A stretch of DNA of 64,000 nucleotides from the NCBI RefSeq assembly GCF_009914755.1, contig NC_060940.1; one strand, written 5' to 3'. The notes below the pieces were generated by a model, which saw nothing but the letters and a program-made list of their open reading frames with translations, was not told where the DNA came from and searched no databases. Made by a program: the position numbers and the translations under genes. Origin of the DNA: the human T2T-CHM13v2.0 reference genome, Homo sapiens. The first letter of the stretch is position 1. Every line of letters begins with the position of its first letter. Shown in pieces: positions 54,560-64,000 of this stretch.

Positions 54560-57335
54560 GTAAGGGGGTCGTGGACCCAGGCTGGGCTCGAGGAGCGGCC
54601 CAGACACCTCCCTCCGTGCCCAAGTTCACTCCTGGCCGAGTTGCATCCTTGAGCCCCAGTCGCCCCGTTGGAGGCTTCCCCTCCCTCCTGCACTCGCTGA
54701 TGCGGCAGCCGGAGGACCCGGGACCAGCCCTCACCTTGGGCAGGATCTGTGGGGCGGGTGCGTCGTGGGAACTGGCAGGGAGGCTTGAGGGGCCCATGGG
54801 CGAGGTGGGCTGCGAGCGGACATCCCCTTACCCCCTGAATTTCCATCTGGTCCAGCCCTCTCATCTTGTGGGTGAGGAAACCGAAGGCCTGAGGGAGAAC
54901 TGACTTGCCTGGAACCCCTGTTAAGGAGAATTAACAAAGTGTGGTTATTAAAGGAGCACTGAGTTGGGAGTGAGACCTGGAGGCCCACACCCTTGGTTAA
55001 GACATAATACCACCTTGAGTCTGGCCTGTTGACTGAGGGTGAGCCACTCCATCCTCATCTGATTGTGGGGTCTTGACCTCAAGGGGTTGCCTGAAGGAAG
55101 AAGCACATGGGTTTGCTTTCCTAGCTCTGTCCAGTACCTTAGGGACCCTGAGGACTGGAGAGATTCTTGGAGAGCCATCTGGTGTATATCATGGGTGGGC
55201 CTTTTTTGAAGGTCAGTCTGCCCAGTGGGCTGGCTCAGCCCCAATGAACTGTCTTGAATCTTTGGAGTTGTCTGGGTACTTTTAAGGGCTTCTCATCCTT
55301 GCACCAAAAGATCCCCTGGAAATTAGGTGGGAAAACCTTAACTTTTGTGGGGCCTTGTGTTTGTCTTAAAAGTTCATGCACATGGCCAGATGTGGTGGCT
55401 CACACCTGTTATCCTGTCCTGGATCCCTTGAGTCAAGGAGTTTGAGACTAACCTGGACAATATAGTGAGACCCTGTCTCTACAAAAAATAAAATATTAGC
55501 CAGGGGTGGTTGTGCACATCTGTAGTCCCAGCTACTACTGTGGCTGAGGTGGGAGGAGCACTTGAGCCTGCACTGAGCTGTGATCTCACCAGTGTACTCC
55601 AGCCTGGGCCACAGAGCAAGACCCTGACTCAAAAAAAAAAAACCAACAAGAAAAATACTTGAAGATTTTTGCATTCTGTCCCACTACCCATTGGTTGTCA
55701 TGTGAAGATAATGTCAGAAATTCTTTACAATTGCTTCCAGAAGGAGTAGCCTTTTGATCTAGTGCACAGGTGTCTTTTGGCTTCTCAGGGTCACATTGGA
55801 AGAAGAATGCTCCTGGGCCACATATAAAATACACTAATGCTAACGATAGCTGATGAGCTTAAAAAAAAAAAAAGGTTTGTGCATAATTTTCATGATACCC
55901 ACCACCACAGATAGGTGGAAAAGTCCTTGTAGTCAAAGGGTTGGACGCGGCTGACCTAGTGTCTTGTCATCCGTTTTGGCTTCCTCCCTGATTCCAGAAT
56001 GCAGGTATAGATGTAGAGACGTGCTCTCAGGACAGCTGTTGAGATAAAAAATTCTTTGTCATTTATTCCCAAGCACAGCTGTTTGTCATTTGCATTGAAA
56101 AAGTCTCCATTCAAACTGCTGTCACATATAAAATCTATTTATGTAAGTCTGTATTTTTCTGTAGTCTTGGCCTTTTGGGCAGTAGTGTGTTTTAACCGAG
56201 CAAACTGTCCTTCCAAATAATGAAGTCGAAGTCAGCCTACCTGCTTGCCATTTTTCTTCCCCTTCCATTTTTCTAACTTCAGGATAATTGTAAGAATGAA
56301 TTAAACTTTATGTTGAAGGCCGGGCACAGTGTCTCAGGCCTGTAATCCCAGCACTTTGGGAGGCGGAGAGGGATGTATCACTTGAGCTCAGGAGTTGAAG
56401 ACCAGCCTGGGCAACATACTGAGACTCCGTCTTGTATAATTAAATTAAAATGTTTAAAAAGAAGAGAAAAAGACCTGTGTTTAAATTTTAAAAAAGGGGA
56501 AATTGTAATGCAAAATGTGGACTATGCCAGCTATGATTGGGAAAAATAATTTTTCCTACAGCATTATCTGTAGACTTGTATTAGCAGCATACTGGTCATA
56601 AGCGTTTTGCTTTCCTCAAACATGATGAGGTAAGCTACTTTAAAGTGTGGTAGGGCTGTCTTCCACGTGGCTCCTGGTGGTGTTGAGTCCCAATTTAGCC
56701 AATTAATTTGGGTTTAGTTTTGATGTGGATAAGGGAGACCAGCTTCATTCATGGTGCACACACAGTTTTGCCAATAAGGGAAAAAAAAAGCAACCTGAAT
56801 GTTCCTACTCATTAGATGCTATCTGGAGAGCTCCTACCCCACCCCCACCAAGGCCCAGACCCTTAAAAAGACTCAGTGCAGCCTTTCTGTATCTCATACT
56901 GTATTCTGCAAGATGCTCCTGTGAAAGAAAGTTGTGCTGCATCAGCCGTCTCCCTCCTGAAGATCCCTGCGGATGAGGATTTGTGTTTTAAAGGTTCTGA
57001 GAAGTCCTGCAATGACAGTCCTCAAACTTATTTGTCCAGGGGATCTTTTCTTCCACTGAACGTAGTTGGGGAGACACGGCCTTAAGCCTTGAGCAGAGAA
57101 AGAGACAAGAAGCTGTTGGCTCACTTACAACCAAGTGTTGTGTTTATGTGTTAGGTTTTCATGAAAGTGAGGTGCTGTTTGAGGTTCTAAATCAAATTGG
57201 GTGGTTGAGGAGAGCCTGGTATCCCTGTAGACTTAGCCAGCCATGAGAGGTTGCCTTTTGTTGAAGGAGGTATTTTACAAAGGGAAGTAGGATGTCTCCT
57301 GGGCATCACATTAGCACTTAAATATATGTATCACT
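54560..57335 (+). other. Probable KSR1 intron 1 sequence (AluJ 55384-55642, MER30 ~55767-55953, FLAM ~56318-56450), truncated by satellite
   Basis: Follows the intact GTAAG donor; no KSR1 exon 2 is seen before the satellite; intronic identity inferred from position. Confidence 0.6.
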
Positions 57336-60300
57336 GAAATGAAATGAAATGATGAAATGAAATGATGAAATGGTGAAATGAAATAATGAAATGAAAGGAA
57401 ATGATGAAATGAAGAAATGAACTGATGAAATGAAATGATAAAATGATGAAATGAAATGAAATGATGAGATGAATTGAAATGGTGAAATGATGAAATTAAA
57501 TGATGAAATGATGAAATGATGAAATGAAATGATGAAATGATGAAATGATGAAATGAAATGATGAAATGATGAAATGGAATGATGAAATGATGAAATGGTG
57601 AAATGAGATGAGGAAATGAAATGACGAAGTGAAATGATGAAATGAAATGAAATGATAAAATGATGAAATGAAATGAAAAGATGAAATGATGAAGAAATAT
57701 GAAATGATGAAATGAAATGAGGAAATGAAGTGAAATGATGAAATGATGAAATAATAAAATGAAATGAAATGATGAATTGATGAAATGAAATGATGAAATG
57801 AAATGATGAGATGAAAAGATGAAATGAAATGATTAAATGAAATGATGAGATGGAAAGATGAAACGAAATGATGAGATGAAATGATGAGATGAAATGATGA
57901 AGTGAGGAGATGAAGTGAAATGATGAAATGAAATGATGAAATGATGAAGTGAAATGATGACATGAAATGATGAAATGAAATAATGAAAGGATGAAATGAT
58001 GAGATGAAATGATGAAAGGAAATGAAATGAAATGATGAAATGAGGAAATGAAATGAAATGATGAAGTGAAATGATGAAATAATGAAACTAAATGAAAAGA
58101 TGAAATGATGAAATGAAATGATGAAATGATATGAAATGATGAAATAAAGTGAAATGATGAAATGATGAAATGAAATTAAAAGAAATGATAAAATGAAATG
58201 ATGAAATTATATGAAATAATGAAATGATGAAGTGAAGTGAAATGATGAAATGATGAAATGATGAAATAATGAAATGAAATGAAATGATAAATTGATGAAT
58301 TGATAAAATGAAATGAAATGAAATGACGAGATGAAAAGATGAAATGAAATGATGAAATGAAATGACGAGATGAAAAGATGAAATGATGAGATGAAATGAA
58401 ATGACTAGATGAAATCATGAGATGAAATGGTGTAATGATGAGATGAAGTGAAATGATGAGATGAAATGAAATCATGAGATGAAATGATGAAATGATGAAA
58501 TGAATGAAATGAAATGAGATGAAATGATGAGATGAAATGATGAAATGAAAGGAAATGATGAAATGATGAAACAAAATGAAATGAAGAAATGAAATGATGA
58601 AAGGAAATGATAAAATGATGAAATGAGATGAAATGTAATGGTGAAATGAGGAAATGAAATGAAATGATGAAATGAAATGATGAGATGAAATGAAATGAAA
58701 TGATGAAATGGTGAAATGGAATGATGAAATGATGAAATGATGAAGTGATGAAATGGTGCAATGAAATGAGGAAATGAAATGAAGAAATGAAATGATGAAG
58801 TGAAATGATGAAATGAAATGAAATGATGAAATGATGAAATGAAATGAAAAGATGAAATGAAGAAATGATACGAAATGATGAAATGAAATGAAGTGAAATG
58901 AAATGATGAAATGATGAAATGAAATGATGAGATGAAAAGATAAAATGAAATAAAATGATTAAGTGAGATGACGAGATGAAAAGATGAAATGAAATGATAT
59001 GAAATGAAATGATGAGATGAAATGAAATCATGAGATAAAATGATGAAATGATGAGATGAAGTGAAATGATGAAATGAAATGATGAGATGAAATGATGAGA
59101 TGAAATAATGAAATGAAAGAATGAAATGAAAGGATGAAATGATGAGATGAAATGAAAGGATGAAATGAAATGATGAAATGAGGAAATGAAATGATGAAAC
59201 GAAATGATGAAGTGGAATGATGAAATTATGAAATGAAATTAAAAGATGAAATGATGAAATGATATGAAATGAAATGAAATGATGAAATGAAGTGAAATGA
59301 TGAAATTAAATGATGAAATGAAATGATGAAATAAATGAACTGAAATGATGATGAAATGAAATGATGAAATGAAATGACGAGATGAAAAGACAAAATGAAA
59401 TGAAATGATGAAATGACGAGATGAAAACATGAAATGATGGGATGTAATGAAATGATGAGATGAAATCATGAGATGAAATGATGAGATGAAGTGAAATGAT
59501 GAGATGAAATGAAATCATGAGATGAAATGAAATGATGAAATGCAATGATGAAATGAATGAAATGAAATGATGAAATGATGAAATGACATGAAAAGATGAA
59601 ATGATGAAATGAAATGATATGAAATGATGAAATAAAGTGAAATGATGAAATGAAATTAAAAGAAATGATAAAATGAAATGATGAAATTATATGAAATGAT
59701 GAAATGAAGTGAAATGACGAAATGATGAAATAAATGAAATGATGAAATGATGAATTGATGAAATGATGAAATGAAGTGAAATGACGAGATGAAAAGATGA
59801 AACGGTGAAATGAAATGAAGAGATGAAAAGTTGAAATGAAATGATGAGATGAAATGAAATGACTAGATGAAATCATGAGATGAAATGGTGTAATGATGAG
59901 ATGAAGTGAAATGAGATGAAATGAAATCATGAGATGAAATGATGAAATGAATGAAATGAAATGAGATGAAATGATGAGATGAAATGATGATGAGATGAAA
60001 TGATGAAACGAAATGATGAGATGAAATGATGAGATGAAATGATGAAATGAAATGATGAAATGAAAGGAAATGATGAAATGATGAAACGAAATGAAGAAAT
60101 GAATAAATGAAATGATGAAATGAAATGATAAAATGAAATGATGAGATGAAATGTAATGGTGAAATGAGGAAATGAAATGATGAAATGAAATGATGAGATG
60201 AAATGAAATGATGAAATGATGAAATGGAATGATGAAATGAAATGATGAAATGATGAAGTGATGAAATGGTGCAATGAAATGAGGAAATGAAATGAAGAAA

Positions 60301-60759
60301 TGAAGTGAAATCATGAAATGAAATGAAATGATGAAAAGATGAAATGATGAAATGAAATGATATAAAATGATGAAATGAAATGATGAGATGAAGTGAAATG
60401 ATGAAATGATGAAATAATGAAATGAAATGATGAAATGAATCGATGAAATGAAATGATGAAATGATGAGATGAAAAGATAAAATGAAATAAAATGATTAAA
60501 TGAAATGATGAGATGAAAAGATGAAATGATGAGATGAAATGAAATCATGAGATGAAATGAAACCATGAGATAAAATGATGAAATGATGAGATGAAGTGAA
60601 ATGATGAAATGAAATGATGAGATGAAATGATGAAATGAAAGAATGAAATGAAAGGATGAAATGATGAGATGAAATGAAAGGATGAAATGAAATGAAATGA
60701 TGAAATGAAATGAAATGAAATGATGAAGTGGAATGATGAAGTGGAATGATGAAATTATG
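57336..60759. repeat. (GAAAT/GAAATGAT)n simple-sequence satellite with ~1.5-kb higher-order duplication
   Basis: Continuous gaaatgatgaaatgaaat array; rare variants recur at offsets of ~1460-1530 bp. Confidence 0.95.
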
Positions 60760-63700
60760 GCCTGGCTGGCTGGCTGGCATGGCTGGCTGGATGGCTTTGG
60801 CTGGGTGGCTTGGCTGGCTTGGCTGGCTTGGTTGGCTGGCAGGCTTGGCTGGCTGGCTGGCTTGGCTGGCTTGGTTGGCTGTGTGGCTTGGCTGGCTTGG
60901 CTGGCTGGCTGGCTTTGGCTGGGTGGCTTGGCTGGCTTGGCTGGCTTGGTTGGCTGGCAGGCTTGGCTGGCTGGCTGGCTTGGCTGGCTTGGTTGGCTGT
61001 GTGGCTTGGCTGGCTTGGCTGGCTGGCTGGCTGGCTGGCTTGGCTGGCTTGGTTGGCTGTGTGGCTTGGCTGGCTTGGCTGGCTGGCTGGCTTGGCTGGC
61101 TGTGTGGCTTGGCTGTCTTGGCTGGCTTGGCTGGCTGGCTGGCTTGTCTGGCTGGCTGGCTGGCTTGGGTGGCTTGGCTGGCTGGCTGGCTTGGCTGGGT
61201 GGCTTGGCTGGCTGGGCCGCTTGGCTGGCTTGGCTGGCTGGCTGGTTTGGCTGGCTTGGCTGGCTGGCTGGCTTTGACTGGGTGGCTTGGCTGGCTTGCC
61301 TGGCTGGGTTGGTTGGCTGGCTTGGATGGCTTGGCCGGCTGGCTGGCTTGGCTGGCTTGGCTGGATGGATGGCTTGGCTGGCTTGGCTGGCTGGCTGGCT
61401 GGCTTGGCTGGCTTGGCTGGCTGTCTGGCTGGATTGGCAGGCTTGGCTGGATGGCTGGCTTGGCTGGCTTGGCTGGCTATGTGGCTTGGCTGGCTTGGCT
61501 GGCTCTGTGGCTTGGCTGGCTTGGCTGGCTTGGCTGGCTTGGCTGGCTGGCTGGCTTGGCTGGGTGGCTTGGCTGGCTGGGTCACTTGGCTGGCTTGGCT
61601 GGCTGGCTGGCTTTGGCTGGGTGGCTTGGCTGGCTTGGCTGGCTGGGTGGCTTGGCTGGCTTGGCTGGTTGGCTGGCTGGGTGGCTTGGCTGGCTTGGCT
61701 CACTGGGTGGCTTGGCTGGCTTGGGTGGCTCTGTGGCTTGGCTGGCTGGGCTGCCTGGGTGGCTTGGCTGGCTGGCTTGGCGGCTTGGGTGGCTTGGCTC
61801 GCTTGGGTGGCTTTACTGGCTGGCTTGGCTGGCTTGGCTGGCTTGGCTGGCTTGCCTGGCTGGCTGGCTTGGCCGGCTTGGCTGCCTGGCTGGCTTGGCT
61901 GGCTTGGCTGGCTGGCTTTGGCTGGGTGGTTTGGCTGGCTTGGCGGGCTGGGTGGCTTGGCTGGCTTGGCCGGCTGGGTGTCTTGGCTGGCTTGGCTAGC
62001 TTGTCCGGCTGGGTGGCTTGGCTGCCTTGGCCGGCTGGATTTCTTGGCTGGCTTGACTGGCTGGCTGGCTTGGCTGGCATGGCTGGCTGGCTGGCTAGGC
62101 TGGCTTGGATCGCTGGCTGGCTTTGGCTGGGAGGCTTGGCTGCCTTGGCTGGCTGGGTGGCTTGGCTGGCTTGGCTGGCCTGGGTGGCTGGGTGGCTTGG
62201 CTTGCCTGGCTGTCTGGCTGGCTTGGCTGGCTGGCTGGCTTAGGCTGGGTGGCTGGGCTGGCTTGGCTGGCTGGCAGGCTTGGCTGGCTAGCTGGCTTGG
62301 CGGGCTTGGCTGGCTGTGTGGCTTGGCTGGCTTGGCTGGCTGGCTGGCTTGGCTGGCTGGCTGCCTGGCTGGCTTGGCTGTCTTGGCTGACTGGCTGGCT
62401 TGACTGCCTGGCTGGCTTTGGCTGGGTGGCTTGGCTGGCTTGGCTGGCTGGGTGGCTTGGCTGGCTTGGATGGCTTGGCTGGCTTGGCCGGCTGTGCTGG
62501 CTTGGCTGGCTTGGCTGGCTGGCTGACTGGGTGGCTTGGCTGGCTGGCTGGCTTGGCTGGCTTGGCTGGCTGGATGGCTTGGCTGGCTTGGCTGGCTGGA
62601 TGGCTTGGCTGGCTTGGCTGGCTGGCTGGCTTCACTGGCTTGGCTGGCTGGGTGGCTTGGCTGGCTTGGCTGGCTTGGCTGGCTTGGCTGGCCTGGGTGG
62701 CTGGGTGGCTTGGCTTGCCTGGCTGTCTGGCTGGCTTGGCTGGCTGGCTGGCTTTGGCTGGGTGGCTTGGCTGGCTTGGCTGGCTGGGTGGCTTGGCTGG
62801 CTTGGATGGCTTGGCTGGCTTGGCGGGCTGTGCTGGCTTGGCTGGCTTGGCTGGCTGGCTGACTGGGTGGCTTGGCTGGCTGGCTGGCTTGGCTGGCTTG
62901 GCTGGCTGGCTGGCTTCACTGGCTTGGCTGGCTGGGTGGCTTGGCTGGCTTGGCTGGCTTGGCTGGCTTGGCTCGCTGGCTGGCTAGGCTGGCTGGCTTT
63001 GGCTGGGAGGCTTGGCTGCCTTGGCTGGCTGGGTGGCTTGGCGGGCTTGGCTGGCCTTGCAGGCTGGGTGGCTTGGCTGGCCTGGCTGGCTGGCTGGCTG
63101 GCTTTGGCTGGGTGGCTTGGCTGGCTTGGCTGGCTTGGTTGGCTGGCAGGCTTGGCTGGCTGGCTGGCTAGGCTGGCTTGGTTGGCTGTGTGGCTTGGCT
63201 GGCTTGGCTGGCTGGCTGACTGGGTGGCTTGGCTGGCTGGCTGGCTTGGCTGTCTTGGCTGGCTGGATGGCTTGGCTGGCTTGGCTGGCTGGCTGGCTTC
63301 ACTGGCTTGGCTGGCTGGGTGGCTTGGCTGGCTTGGCTGGCTTGGCTGGCTTGGCTCGCTGGCTGGCTAGGCTGGCTGGCTTTGGCTGGGAGGCTTGGCT
63401 GCCTTGGCTGGCTGGGTGGCTTGGCGGGCTTGGCTGGCCTTGCTGGCTGGGTGGCTTGGCTGTCCTGGCTGGCTGGCTGGCATGGCTGGCTGGCTGGCTT
63501 TGGCTGGGTGGCTTTGCTGGCTTGGCTGGCTTGGTTGGCTGGCAGGCTTGGCTGGCTGGCTGGCTTGGCTGGCTTGGTTGGCTGTGTGGCTTGGCTGGCT
63601 TGGCTGGCTGGCTGGCTTGGCTGGCTTGGTTGGCTGTGTGGCTTGGCTGGCTTGGCTGGCTGGCCGGCTTGGCTGGCTGCCTGGCTGGATTGGCTGGCTT

Positions 63701-64000
63701 GGCTGGTTGGCTGGCTTGGCTGGATGGCTGGCTTTGGCTGGGTGGCTTGGCTGGCTTGGCTGGCTGGGTGGCTTGGCTGCCTGGCTGGCTGGCTTGGCTG
63801 ACTGTGTGGCTTGGCTGTCTTGGCTGGCTTGGCTGGCTGGCTGGCTTGTCTGGCTGGCTGGCTGGCTTGGGTGGCTTGGCTGGCTGGCTGGCTTGGTTGG
63901 GTGGCTTGGCTGGCTGGGCCGCTTGGCTGGCTTGGCTGGCTGGCTGGCTTGGCTGGCTTGGCTGGCTGGCTGGCTTTGACTGGGTGGCTTGGCTGGCTTG
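60758..64000. repeat. (GGCT/GGCTT)n array, running off the window end
   Basis: Continuous ggctggcttggct with gggtggct variants; strong G/T versus C/A strand skew. Confidence 0.97.

Noticed and set aside
57496-60780. F/H/I/S-rich minus-strand ORFs resembling membrane or His-rich proteins
   Set aside because: Reverse-complement translation of the GAAAT satellite
59466-63979. Very long ORFs (up to 745 aa) rich in W/L/A/G or S/Q/P/A/K
   Set aside because: Translations of stop-poor (GGCT)n and (ATTTC)n arrays; open in several frames on both strands, with no complexity or gene context

Overview
Primate, most likely human, pericentromeric-type segmental-duplication mosaic. I can support no intact protein-coding gene. 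On a background of Alu, L1, LTR and MaLR repeats sit five captured gene fragments: (1) an unprocessed FGFR3 piece (IgII-IgIIIa exons with their introns, about 10.6-11.15 kb, +); (2) an old, CpG-depleted DUX4/DUXC-type pseudogene running from the second homeodomain to the C-terminal activation domain (13.0-14.1 kb, +); (3) a GC-rich first-exon copy, tentatively PCMTD1, interrupted by a solo LTR (15.6-17.0 kb, -); (4) a multi-exon RALGDS/RGL4-like RasGEF fossil that the ORF track shows only in scraps (32.3-35.0 kb, -), next to a diverged 2-kb tandem duplication; (5) a younger copy of KSR1 exon 1 plus probable intron 1 (54.2-57.3 kb, +), bounded by a (TTTTTGCCCCCGCCGCCGCGGC)n repeat. A CpG-island promoter with ZNF143, duplicated RFX and NRF1-like motifs and candidate lncRNA exons lies at 28-30.5 kb. 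The window ends in a 3.4-kb (GAAAT/GAAATGAT)n satellite with a ~1.5-kb higher-order repeat, cut abruptly by a >3.2-kb (GGCT/GGCTT)n array. The long ORFs in these arrays are repeat artefacts. All gene and repeat-family assignments come from recalled reference sequences, not database searches.
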